A stretch of 64,000 nt of DNA from Candidatus Zixiibacteriota bacterium (GTDB taxonomy: Bacteria > Zixibacteria > MSB-5A5 > UBA10806). The notes under the pieces were generated by a model that worked only from the letters and a program-made list of their open reading frames with translations, had not been told where the DNA came from and did no database searches. The DNA lies in the NCBI GenBank assembly GCA_020348065.1, contig CP070742.1, positions 1,765,721 through 1,829,720 on the forward strand, in the 5' to 3' direction. Shown in pieces: positions 20,591 to 29,903 of this stretch. The stretch's first letter is position 1. Every line of letters begins with the position of its first letter. The translations under genes and the position numbers were made by a program.

Positions 20591-21195
20591 GTTTCGATCA
20601 GATACTGGAAATAATTCGATCCCAGAATGAATTTATTATTTATGCGCTTCTTCTTTTAAGCGCCTTTATTGAGAACGTGTTTCCTCCTTTTCCCGGCGAC
20701 GCCACCGTTCTCGCGGGAGCCTTCATCGCGGGCAAGGGTAACATAGGGTATTTGGGAGTCTTGACGTCTGTTACTATCGGGGGTGTGGCAGGAGGCATGA
20801 TACTTTATTTCCTGGGCCGGTCTAAAGGGCGGGACTACTTTATACACAGCAAATATAAATACTTCGGTAAATCGAATTTGCTAAAGGTGGAATCGCTTTT
20901 TCAAAAATACGGAACCGCCGTACTTGCCTTTTCGCGCTTTTTTGCCGGCGTCCGTTCCGCCATCTCCATCGCCGCCGGTCTGGGAAACGTGAGGTTTTCA
21001 CGGATGTTCATATTGACGATCTTCAGTAATCTTCTGTGGTGCGGCATGCTGATCGGTTTAATGATTTACACCAAATCAAACTGGCGGGCAATTCTCGATC
21101 TGGTCAAAAATTATCATATGGTCTTGTTTGCGCTGATTGCTTTGGTTATAGTAGTATGGGCGGTAATGAAATTATGGATGAAAAGAAGAAAATAA
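20587..21195 (+). CDS. dedA: DedA/SNARE-associated family membrane protein
   Basis: FIENVFPPFPGD and FAGVRS motifs with about five TM segments. Confidence 0.8.
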   Translation: MSFDQILEIIRSQNEFIIYALLLLSAFIENVFPPFPGDATVLAGAFIAGKGNIGYLGVLTSVTIGGVAGGMILYFLGRSKGRDYFIHSKYKYFGKSNLLKVESLFQKYGTAVLAFSRFFAGVRSAISIAAGLGNVRFSRMFILTIFSNLLWCGMLIGLMIYTKSNWRAILDLVKNYHMVLFALIALVIVVWAVMKLWMKRRK

Positions 21196-22235
21196 GGATC
21201 GCCGTTCTGATGGGCGGATATTCCGCCGAAAGAGATGTATCGCTCGCCACCGGCGCGGGCGTTATCAAGGGATTGCGTGATGCGGGTTATAACGCCATCG
21301 GAATTGACACCGCTATGGGAGCCAGCCAGTTGTCCGAAAATAAGATCAAAGAACTTTCTAAAATCGAAGAAAACCCTCCATCCAACACGGACCTCTCGGA
21401 ACTCGATGCCAGCGCCACCATTCAAACTGTCAGCTCCCCCGATCTCAAGAATGTCGATATGGTTTTCATAGCTTTGCACGGGGGTATGGGCGAAAACGGC
21501 ACCATCCAGGCCCTTCTCGATATCGTGGGCATCCCTTATACCGGTTCGGGTGTTCTGGCATCCGCGGTGGCCATGGATAAGGTTGCCGCCAAGAGGATCG
21601 TATCGGCGGCGGGAGTCCCCACTCCGGATTATTTCGTAAAAGCATCAAGCGAAATCAACGATATGGATGAGCTGGTTAAGGCGATAGAAAATACCATCGG
21701 TTTTCCGCTGGTGATAAAACCCAATGATCAGGGTTCGTCCGTAGGATTGAATATCGCCATGAGGCCTTCCGAACTGGAGAAGTATGTAAAACAGGCTAAA
21801 GAGTATTCCGACAGGGTCCTGTTTGAAAAGATGATTGAGGGCCGCGAATTAACCGTGAGCATTCTGGGTAACGAAGCGCTGCCTGTCGCAGAGGTTATTC
21901 CAAAAGGCGGCTTCTACGATTATCAGCACAAATATACTCCCGGATTGGCCGATAAAATTGTCCCGGCTCCCTTATCGGAGGACGAAACCGCGGAGGTTCA
22001 AAAGCTGGGCCTTATCGCTTTCAGGGCCTTAAATTGCCGCGGCTACGCCAGGATAGATTTCCGTTATTCAAAAGATAAAAAATGGTATTTCCTGGAGGCC
22101 AACACTCTTCCCGGAATGACCCGAACGTCGCTGGTTCCCAAGGCGGCGAAGGCAGCCGGGATCGAATTTCCCGGACTCCTGGAACGAATCGTGCGGATAG
22201 CTCTCGATGATTTCAAGAGGGGCAAAAAGCGATGA
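21174..22235 (+). CDS. ddl: D-alanine--D-alanine ligase
   Basis: Start MDEKKKIRIAVLMGGYSAERDVSL, then ATP-grasp motifs FIALHGGMGENG and the EANTLPGMT C-terminal region. Start moved from the track's 21036 to the first ATG that gives the Ddl N-terminus. About 30 extra residues (aa 45-80) are inserted. Confidence 0.85.
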   Translation: MDEKKKIRIAVLMGGYSAERDVSLATGAGVIKGLRDAGYNAIGIDTAMGASQLSENKIKELSKIEENPPSNTDLSELDASATIQTVSSPDLKNVDMVFIALHGGMGENGTIQALLDIVGIPYTGSGVLASAVAMDKVAAKRIVSAAGVPTPDYFVKASSEINDMDELVKAIENTIGFPLVIKPNDQGSSVGLNIAMRPSELEKYVKQAKEYSDRVLFEKMIEGRELTVSILGNEALPVAEVIPKGGFYDYQHKYTPGLADKIVPAPLSEDETAEVQKLGLIAFRALNCRGYARIDFRYSKDKKWYFLEANTLPGMTRTSLVPKAAKAAGIEFPGLLERIVRIALDDFKRGKKR

Positions 22236-22957
22236 GATTCAAACTGGCTCTATTCGATCTGGGAGGCACTCTCATTAATTACGAAAACAGCCCCTGGCCC
22301 GAACTGGGCAGGCTCGGATGTGTTGAAGGGGCAAAATATATTAAACAGGTTTTAAATTTCGATATTGAAGTCGAAGAATTAAACGCGAAACTACATAACG
22401 CCGTCGGCCGGATGATAAAATCGCGGGGTAATACGGATGTTGAACTCGATCTTATCGATTTAACCGCCAGGACGCTGAGGGAGTTCGGAATAAGTATAAC
22501 CGACGGTCTTCCGCAGAAATTTATCGCCGCTTATTACAGGCCCATCAGAGATCAAATTACCATTGCGCCTTACGCCGGTGAAATTCTTTCTAAGATAAAA
22601 AATGCCGGTATGAAAATCGGGCTGGTATCCAATACCATTTTCCCGGCCGATTATCATAGATTCGAAATGCGCGAATTCGGCCTTTACGATTATTTTGACT
22701 TCGCGTTGTTTTCTTCGGAGGAAAAAATTCGAAAGCCCGGCAAAGAGATTTTTTTCAGGGCATTAAAACTGGGCAGCTCCGAACCGGAGGACGCTGTCTT
22801 TATCGGTGATCGTTTGGAGGAGGATATCGGCGGACCTCAATCGATTGGGATTAAGGCGATATTAAAATATATGGATGGCCGCGATTATTCAGCCGATATC
22901 AAACCGCTTGAAACCGTCCGGAATCTCAAAGAGTTGGAAAATATAATATTTATTTGA
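22232..22957 (+). CDS. HAD-superfamily hydrolase
   Basis: Motif I FDLGGTL, and a C-terminal FIGD motif. Confidence 0.7.
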   Translation: MRFKLALFDLGGTLINYENSPWPELGRLGCVEGAKYIKQVLNFDIEVEELNAKLHNAVGRMIKSRGNTDVELDLIDLTARTLREFGISITDGLPQKFIAAYYRPIRDQITIAPYAGEILSKIKNAGMKIGLVSNTIFPADYHRFEMREFGLYDYFDFALFSSEEKIRKPGKEIFFRALKLGSSEPEDAVFIGDRLEEDIGGPQSIGIKAILKYMDGRDYSADIKPLETVRNLKELENIIFI

Positions 22958-22970
22958 TATTGGAGGAATC

Positions 22971-24041
22971 GTGAGCAGATACGAGAAGCTACTGAAAGAA
23001 CTTACCGAGGCCCATGGCGCGCCCGGGTTCGAGGATGAGGCCATCGAGGTCATGAAAAAGCATATAAAGGCGGCTGATGAAGTAACCTATGATAAACTGG
23101 GAAGCCTGATTGCCAGGAAAAAGGGTAAATCGGATTCTCCTAAGATCATGATCGCCGGGCATATCGATGAGATCGCGTTTATCGTAAAAGAGATAACGGC
23201 CGAGGGATATATAAAATTCATTCCTCTGGGCGGTTGGTGGGGCCACGTTGCGCTGGCGCACAACGTCATAATCAAGACCTCAAAAGGGGATATCCCCGGC
23301 GTGGTCGGCTCCAAACCCCCGCACATACTCGAAGAGGAAGAGCGCAAGAAAGTTATGCAGCTTAAGGATATGTTCATCGACGTCGGTGCCTGCGACGGTT
23401 TCGACGTAAAATCTCTCGGAGTAAAACCGGGCGACCCCATCATCCCTGATTCTCGGTTTCAGGTAATGGGGAATCCCGACCTTTATATGAGCAAAGCCTT
23501 CGATGATCGAATCGGGGCGGCGGCGGCTATCGCGGTAATTAACGAAATTAAAGGGATAAATCATCCCAACACCGTTTATGGCGTGGGAACGGTGCAGGAG
23601 GAAGTGGGCCTGAGAGGCGCCGGCACGGCGGCCCACGTGATCGATCCCGACGTCGCCATCGTGGCTGACGTTTCCCTGGCGACTGACAGCCTCGGTTCAT
23701 CGAAGGAAACACCGGGAAAACTGGGCACCGGGCCGTCCATTAACATCATGGACGGTACCATGATACCCAATCGGCATCTGAGGGATTTTACGGTTAAAAT
23801 TGCGGAAAAGAATAAAATCCCCTTCCATTTCTCATCTATCGAAAGAGGCGGCACCGACGGCGGCCGAATTCACATGTCCCGGGCCGGGGTCCCCTCGATA
23901 TATCTGGGCATAGCCACCAGATATATTCACAGCCATACCGGTATCATTCACAAAGGAGATTTCGAAAACCTGGTTAAACTGATACTGGAGATGATCAAAA
24001 AACTCGACAGGAAAACGGTGGCGTCATTTACCAGGAGTTGA
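22971..24041 (+). CDS. M42 family aminopeptidase (FrvX/YsdC-like)
   Basis: 356 aa. AHGAPGFE, IAGHIDEI, FDDRIGAAA and GGTDGG are typical of the M42 glutamyl aminopeptidase/cellulase-M family. Confidence 0.8.
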   Translation: MSRYEKLLKELTEAHGAPGFEDEAIEVMKKHIKAADEVTYDKLGSLIARKKGKSDSPKIMIAGHIDEIAFIVKEITAEGYIKFIPLGGWWGHVALAHNVIIKTSKGDIPGVVGSKPPHILEEEERKKVMQLKDMFIDVGACDGFDVKSLGVKPGDPIIPDSRFQVMGNPDLYMSKAFDDRIGAAAAIAVINEIKGINHPNTVYGVGTVQEEVGLRGAGTAAHVIDPDVAIVADVSLATDSLGSSKETPGKLGTGPSINIMDGTMIPNRHLRDFTVKIAEKNKIPFHFSSIERGGTDGGRIHMSRAGVPSIYLGIATRYIHSHTGIIHKGDFENLVKLILEMIKKLDRKTVASFTRS

Positions 24042-24116
24042 TTTTAAAAATTAGTAAAATGACGCAACCTGTATTACGATAATACGTAATAGGATGAAAT
24101 TCGAAAGGGTTTTGTG

Positions 24117-25517
24117 ATGTCGCTGAGATTTTATAATACCATGACCCGTTCCCTCGAGGAATTTAAACCGATAAAGCCGGACGAGGTCAGGATGTATACC
24201 TGCGGACCCACTGTCTATGCCCCGGCGCACGTGGGGAATTATAGAGCCTATATGTTCGAGGATATCCTCAGGCGTTACCTCATTTATAAGGGTTACAGGG
24301 TGACCCAGGTGATGAATCTTACCGACATCGACGATAAAACCATTCGCGATTCCAACGCCAAGGGCATTACCCTGAACGAGCACACGCAACCGATCAAAGA
24401 TATGTTTTTCGAGGATATCGACCGGCTCAATATCCAGCGGGCGGAGTATTACCCGGCCGCCACCGAACATATCGGCGAGATGGTGGCCATGGTGGAGAAA
24501 CTCCTCGAGCGTGGGCACGCCTACCGCTCCGGAGATTCGATCTATTATAAAATATCGTCATTCCCTAATTACGGTTCGCTATCTCACATGAAGATAGAGG
24601 ACCTGATGGCCGGCGCCAGGATCGATTCCGATGAATACGAAAAAGAAACCGCCTCCGATTTCGCCCTCTGGAAGGGCTGGACCGAAAAAGATGGCGCCGT
24701 CTTCTGGGAAACCTCTCTGGGAAAAGGCCGGCCCGGATGGCATATCGAGTGCTCGGCCATGTCCATGAAATACCTGGGTGAACAGTTCGATATCCATACC
24801 GGCGGAGTAGACAATATCTTCCCGCACCACGAAAATGAGATCGCTCAATCGGAAGGAGTTACCGGCGATAAGTTTGTCAATTACTGGCTTCATAACGCCC
24901 ACCTGATTTTAGATAGTAAGAAAATGGCCAAATCGGAGGGCAATTTTATTACGGTTAAGGAACTAACCGAACAGGGGCATGATCCGCTGGCCATCAGATT
25001 CGTGCTTCTATCCACCCATTACCGTCAGCAGTTGAATTTTACTATGGATGGATTGGGAGCGGCCAAGGCCGCCATTACTCGTTTGCGCGATTTTAAATCC
25101 AATGTTGAATCCGCCTCCGGTTCGGGTGACGGCATAGCAGTGAATGAAGCGATAGAAAAAGCCGTCAGGGGATTCGAAGAGGGCCTCGATAACGATCTCA
25201 ACATCTCGCCCTCCGTAGCGGCAGTGTTTGATTTCGTCAGGGATATCAATTCTATTATTGCGGATAACGGCCTTTCCGCTTCCGAAAAAGAATCCGTTCT
25301 GGAAAATCTGAAGAAATTCGACAGCGTGCTCGGCGTCATTTTCGTGGATGAATCCGGCCTCGACGCCGAAATCGAGGAAATGATTCAGAAAAGACTGAAT
25401 GCCAGGAAAAATAAAGACTTTCAAACGGCCGATGAAATCCGCGATGCGCTTCTTTCGAAAGGCATTATCCTCGAAGATACCCCCACCGGCACCAAGTGGA
25501 AACGTAAAATAAGTTAA
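24117..25517 (+). CDS. cysS: Cysteinyl-tRNA synthetase
   Basis: MSLRFYNTMTRSLEEF, then CGPTVYAPAHVGN (HIGH region) and KMAKSEGN (KMSKS). ATG at 24117 preferred over GTG at 24114. Confidence 0.9.
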   Translation: MSLRFYNTMTRSLEEFKPIKPDEVRMYTCGPTVYAPAHVGNYRAYMFEDILRRYLIYKGYRVTQVMNLTDIDDKTIRDSNAKGITLNEHTQPIKDMFFEDIDRLNIQRAEYYPAATEHIGEMVAMVEKLLERGHAYRSGDSIYYKISSFPNYGSLSHMKIEDLMAGARIDSDEYEKETASDFALWKGWTEKDGAVFWETSLGKGRPGWHIECSAMSMKYLGEQFDIHTGGVDNIFPHHENEIAQSEGVTGDKFVNYWLHNAHLILDSKKMAKSEGNFITVKELTEQGHDPLAIRFVLLSTHYRQQLNFTMDGLGAAKAAITRLRDFKSNVESASGSGDGIAVNEAIEKAVRGFEEGLDNDLNISPSVAAVFDFVRDINSIIADNGLSASEKESVLENLKKFDSVLGVIFVDESGLDAEIEEMIQKRLNARKNKDFQTADEIRDALLSKGIILEDTPTGTKWKRKIS

Positions 25518-25596
25518 GATTCGATGATTATACTGGTTACGAAGCGCCTGCCTGGTAACCTCCTACAAATCACCGCTAATAGCCATCGCAGTAACT

Positions 25597-27309
25597 CTAC
25601 CGAAACTCCACCTTCTCAAACCACCGCGGATCGAAATCCGGAAAGATATCATCCCGCTTCTCAAGATCCGCGAGATACTCCCGTTCGCCATCCGAGAGGC
25701 TGTCCGCCCGGCCCGCCATCTCCGCCAGCCGGTTGAAGGCCTCATGATGCGTCGCTATCCTGGTTTCCGCATAATCCCTGGCCGCCCAGGTCGATATCAG
25801 AAACTGCCAGTCCGACGCCGAAAGCAGCAACAGCTCCCGCCCCGCCTGCGTGATGATTCTTTTCTCCAGATCTCCGGCATCGACATATCCTTTAGCCAGC
25901 TCGATCATTTTCAGCTCATCTTCGTAGATATGCTTCCAGGTCCACTCCGTCCACTCGTTGAGCCAGATATAATGATATCCCCCCTCACCCCACGAACCTT
26001 CCGGTAGCGACACGATCTTGGACGGTTTCGATAAATCGTAATATTCGCTCGCGGTAGATAATCCCACCTCATTGTCGGAACCCAGCTTTTCGATGGTTTT
26101 TTCAAGAAATCTCGGTCCCTCGAACCACCAGTGCCCGAAAAGCTCGGAATCGAACGGCGCCACCAGGATACCCGGACTGCCGGTGGATTTATGATGATTA
26201 AGGAGAATATCCTTAACGAGGTGAGCGAAATGCGACGCGTTCTCCTCGATCCTGCCCGTGACCCAGTCCGGATTGTATGTCTGCTTGTCCGCCAGGTCGC
26301 TTTTGGCCGAGGTTACTTTCCAGTAACGATGTCCGCCCGGAAATCTCTTTTTGTGAAAATCGAGGTAATTCCCGTCTCCGGGATATCCCCATTCGCCGGA
26401 CCATACCTGCAGACTGCTCTGGGGATCGCGGGTAAACACCCCCACCGGCATTTTCCCCTCTTTAGATCCCACCAGGTATACGTTTTGCGGCGATTTCTCC
26501 TCGTCCTCGTCCCGGGGAACATACTGCTTTTCGAATATTCCCCAGAGCGTTTTCAAGGCCTCGAACCTGTCCACGTAAACGCCTATGGCCTTGCCGCCTT
26601 TTAACGTCGCGCTGTCCACAAAAAAGTATTCCAGTCCGTTCTCCGAGAGAAACTCCTCGATCCCTTTTCTGGAATAGCTGTCCGGCAGGCCTTTTATTTT
26701 CACCGGCGGGCTCCATTCATAGGACGGCCGGTAAGCGCATTCCGGAAGCCATATCCCTCTCGGATCGCGTCCGAAGTGACTTTTATAAGAGGCTTTTGCC
26801 GTCTTGACCTGAACCTGACATGAAATATCCTGCGAGAGCAGAGGCAGGTATCCATGCGTAGCGGCGCAGGTAATAATTTCGATGTGTCCTTCATCCTGGA
26901 GCCTGCGAAATTCCCCGATCAGGTTATTATTATAATGATTATTGAATGTTAATTTAATCTCGCTATAATAATCCTCCCACATCCTTGCCAGGTCGTGATA
27001 TTCGTTCTGGCCGGTACGGTAAAATTCTGTCGCGTCCGCTCCCGCAGCCTCGATTTTCTGTTCCAGGTATCCGCTGAATTCATCGATGAATGATTTATGG
27101 GCCAGCTGTTCGCACAATACCGGAGAGATACCAATGGTGAATTTCGGCGGTATGCCTTTTGCCGCCAGCCTGTTGCACGACATTAAAAGAGGAATATAGG
27201 TCTCGGCCGCGGCTTCGTTGAGCCAGTCGGTACCATGGGGCCACCTGCCGTGACCCAGAACATATGGCAGATGCGAATGCAGTACGAAGGTGAAATATCC
27301 TTTTCTCAT
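25597..27309 (-). CDS. GH57 family 1,4-alpha-glucan branching enzyme (C-terminal DUF1957-type region)
   Basis: 570 aa. FVLHSHLPYV, ITCAATHGYLPLL and WLPECAY match the GH57 catalytic region. Confidence 0.8.
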   Translation of the reverse strand: MRKGYFTFVLHSHLPYVLGHGRWPHGTDWLNEAAAETYIPLLMSCNRLAAKGIPPKFTIGISPVLCEQLAHKSFIDEFSGYLEQKIEAAGADATEFYRTGQNEYHDLARMWEDYYSEIKLTFNNHYNNNLIGEFRRLQDEGHIEIITCAATHGYLPLLSQDISCQVQVKTAKASYKSHFGRDPRGIWLPECAYRPSYEWSPPVKIKGLPDSYSRKGIEEFLSENGLEYFFVDSATLKGGKAIGVYVDRFEALKTLWGIFEKQYVPRDEDEEKSPQNVYLVGSKEGKMPVGVFTRDPQSSLQVWSGEWGYPGDGNYLDFHKKRFPGGHRYWKVTSAKSDLADKQTYNPDWVTGRIEENASHFAHLVKDILLNHHKSTGSPGILVAPFDSELFGHWWFEGPRFLEKTIEKLGSDNEVGLSTASEYYDLSKPSKIVSLPEGSWGEGGYHYIWLNEWTEWTWKHIYEDELKMIELAKGYVDAGDLEKRIITQAGRELLLLSASDWQFLISTWAARDYAETRIATHHEAFNRLAEMAGRADSLSDGEREYLADLEKRDDIFPDFDPRWFEKVEFR

Positions 27310-27602
27310 TTGGCCGCCTGGAATCCGATATTCTTGTCGGTAGCGCCCTGAATTTTTATCTGCCCGTATTGGGTTTCGTATTTTTTCAGGTTTTCATCGA
27401 GCGCCTTACCGAGCATTTTCGCGTGAGCGGGGGTCATTATAATCCGCGATAAAACCTTCGTCTTGGGAGCGCCCGGCATTACCCTGGCAAAATCGATTAT
27501 TATCTCCTGTGGCGAATGGGCGATCATTACCAGGTTAGCGTAAATCCCCTCCGATTCTTTCTCGCCGATCTCTATATTTAATTGTCTCGGTTTCTGCACC
27601 AA
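27306..27602 (-). CDS. DUF3467-like small protein
   Basis: 98 aa with the core YANLVMIAHSPQEIIIDFARVMPG. It is translationally coupled (ATGA overlap) to the GH57 gene downstream. Confidence 0.55.
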   Translation of the reverse strand: MVQKPRQLNIEIGEKESEGIYANLVMIAHSPQEIIIDFARVMPGAPKTKVLSRIIMTPAHAKMLGKALDENLKKYETQYGQIKIQGATDKNIGFQAAK

Positions 27603-27681
27603 CTTTTCCTCCCTAATCTTAATTTAAAATTAAAATCAAAATATTTGATTAGAACCTTGAATTTTAATATAATTCCGCGTT

Positions 27682-28692
27682 ATGTCAAGACGTTTAGGAA
27701 ACACAATCGTTAAAAAAAGCCGCGCGCTTGAAATTGTTGGAAATTTTCCTCAATCTAAGGTGATGATTCTGGGAGACTTAATGCTCGATCGCTATTTGTG
27801 GGGCAGCGTCGAAAGGATCTCACCTGAAGCCCCGGTTCCGGTGGTTCATATAGAAAAAGAAACCAGTAATCTCGGCGGAGCCGCCAATGTTGCCGCCAAT
27901 GTTAGCGCCCTGGGAGCTCATCCCTTTCTTATCGGTGCAATCGGTGATGATCAATATGCGGTGGAATTGAAAAAGAATCTACGCGGTAAAAGGCTCTCCA
28001 CTTCAGGCCTCGTCATAGATTCTAGGCGTCCCACCACGGTGAAAACCAGGATAGTCGCTCATAGCCAGCAGGTGGTCAGGGTCGACAGGGAAAATCCCGC
28101 CGAAATCGATTCCGGTCTTGTGGAAAGCCTGATTTCCAAAACCGGAAAACACCTGACTCAAATCGACGGTATAATCATATCAGATTACGGAAAAGGCATG
28201 ATTACTCAGGAGTTGCTCGCAAGCATAATTCCGATGGCGGCTTCCGCGGGGAAATTTATTGCCGTGGATCCCAAAGAGGTTCATTTTATGAATTATAAAG
28301 ACGTCTCCGTTATTACGCCCAATCATCACGAGGCAGGATTCGTGTCCGGAAGAAAAATCACCAGCGAGAAAATATTAGTAGATGTGGGCTGGAACCTATT
28401 GAGAATGTTAAATCTGGAATCGCTTTTGATCACCAGGGGCGAAAAGGGAATGGCTCTTTTTGAAAGTAACGGTGATCTAACTCATATTCCTACCGAGGCC
28501 AAAACCGTGTATGATGTTACCGGGGCAGGGGACACTGTCATCGCGACTCTCGCCGTGGCCAAAACCGCCGGAGCGAGTATGAAGGAAGCGGCTTATATCG
28601 CCAATATCGCCGCCAGCCTGGCGGTAGCCCGTTTCGGTACCGCCAGGATAACAAAAGATGAGCTTCTGGAAGCTTTAAATAATAGAAAATGA
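27682..28692 (+). CDS. rfaE1: D-glycero-beta-D-manno-heptose-7-phosphate kinase (RfaE/HldE domain I, PfkB family)
   Basis: 336 aa ribokinase-like: ILGDLMLDRYLWG, and DVTGAGD near the C-terminus. Confidence 0.85.
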   Translation: MSRRLGNTIVKKSRALEIVGNFPQSKVMILGDLMLDRYLWGSVERISPEAPVPVVHIEKETSNLGGAANVAANVSALGAHPFLIGAIGDDQYAVELKKNLRGKRLSTSGLVIDSRRPTTVKTRIVAHSQQVVRVDRENPAEIDSGLVESLISKTGKHLTQIDGIIISDYGKGMITQELLASIIPMAASAGKFIAVDPKEVHFMNYKDVSVITPNHHEAGFVSGRKITSEKILVDVGWNLLRMLNLESLLITRGEKGMALFESNGDLTHIPTEAKTVYDVTGAGDTVIATLAVAKTAGASMKEAAYIANIAASLAVARFGTARITKDELLEALNNRK

Positions 28693-29171
28693 AATCGAAA
28701 ATAGTCTCACAGAAAAAAGCCGTTTCGGTAAGGGCGGTATTGAAGAAGAATAAAAAAATAGTCGTTTTTACCAACGGTTGTTTCGATGTTATCCATTCCG
28801 GTCACGCGATCTATCTCGACCGCGCGCGGCGAAAAGGCGATTTCCTTATAGTAGGTCTTAATACAGATAAATCGGTTCGCCGTCTTAAAGGCAAGAATCG
28901 GCCTGTTATGAGCTTCAGGGATAGAGCGCTTCTTCTGGCATATCTATCACCTGTAGACTTGGTGGTCGGATTCGGCGATGATACCCCCCTGAATTTGATT
29001 AAAAAACTGAGACCCGATATATTGGTTAAAGGAGCCGATTATCGGATATCCGAAATCGTCGGGGCAGCCGAGGTTAAGAGCTGGGGAGGGCAGATTCTAA
29101 GGATTCCGCTCGTCAAAGGCCGTTCGACCAGCGGAATAATCCGGAAATTGCTGCAATTACGAATTGAATAA
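28689..29171 (+). CDS. rfaE2: D-glycero-beta-D-manno-heptose-1-phosphate adenylyltransferase (RfaE/HldE domain II)
   Basis: VVFTNGCFDVIHSGH nucleotidyltransferase motif; ATGA overlap with rfaE1. hldE is split into two genes here. Confidence 0.85.
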   Translation: MKSKIVSQKKAVSVRAVLKKNKKIVVFTNGCFDVIHSGHAIYLDRARRKGDFLIVGLNTDKSVRRLKGKNRPVMSFRDRALLLAYLSPVDLVVGFGDDTPLNLIKKLRPDILVKGADYRISEIVGAAEVKSWGGQILRIPLVKGRSTSGIIRKLLQLRIE

Positions 29172-29216
29172 TCCCTTAATTTACAATGCTTTAAGATGAT
29201 ATCCCATAAAAAGGGG

Positions 29217-29246
29217 TTGACTTTGTAAAGCTCAAATTAGTATGAT
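29217..29246 (+). promoter_or_regulatory. Candidate sigma-70 promoter
   Basis: TTGACT-N18-TATGAT in the rfaE2/TPR intergenic region. Confidence 0.4.
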
Positions 29247-29339
29247 TTAAATTTGCCGGGGTACAATGCACTTACCCCTTGTGCTTTGTTTAGGGGGAAC
29301 ATATCCCCCGTAGTTTTGGTAAGTTTAGCGCTGGTTGAA

Positions 29340-29903
29340 ATGGAACGGGATGATAAATCACAAATATCGCCTTTCGATATCGATGCGATTTCCAGGCGGG
29401 GAAATTTGAGGGACGCTCTTAATCTCGCGCTGGAAGAGATAAAAAGCGGAAGCCTCGAAATCGATCTTTATTTTATCGCCGCCAGCATAGCCTTTCGCCT
29501 GGGTGATCTCGGAAAAGCCGAGCAGTTGACCAACAGATTATTGGTCCTCGATCCCGAACATGTTAGAGGATGGTTGCTTTTCGGGGAAATCTATGCCAGG
29601 AAAAACGACATTGTCAGAGCAGCCCACGCCCGTCAGATGGCTGAAACGCTTTTCCCCGCTCTGGCAAAAATAGACAATGAATCCGTTTATTTTTTTGAAG
29701 AAGTGGAAAACGAAAATAAAAGCGTTAAGGAACCAAAAGAAAGCTTAAACTTCGACACCGTTACCTATGCTGATATCTGCGCCAGACAGGGATATTATAA
29801 TAAGGCGCTTAAGATATATCAGGATCATTTAAGGAAAAATCCCGATAACGAAGAATTGAAAAAGAAAATCGCGGATATCGAAAAAAGGCTGAAAAATGAC
29901 TGA
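29340..29903 (+). CDS. TPR-like hypothetical protein
   Basis: Helical repeat sequence (LGDLGKAEQLTNRLLVLDPEH, ARQGYYNKALKIYQDHLRKNPDN). The track start at 29253 is a TTG directly on the predicted -10, so the first ATG (29340) is preferred; the start remains uncertain. Confidence 0.5.
   Translation: MERDDKSQISPFDIDAISRRGNLRDALNLALEEIKSGSLEIDLYFIAASIAFRLGDLGKAEQLTNRLLVLDPEHVRGWLLFGEIYARKNDIVRAAHARQMAETLFPALAKIDNESVYFFEEVENENKSVKEPKESLNFDTVTYADICARQGYYNKALKIYQDHLRKNPDNEELKKKIADIEKRLKND

Noticed and set aside
29253-29339. Track-proposed start (TTG at 29253) for the TPR-like gene
   Set aside because: That codon sits immediately after the predicted -10 hexamer (29241-29246), leaving no 5' UTR or RBS. 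The first in-frame ATG at 29340 is more plausible, though still uncertain.
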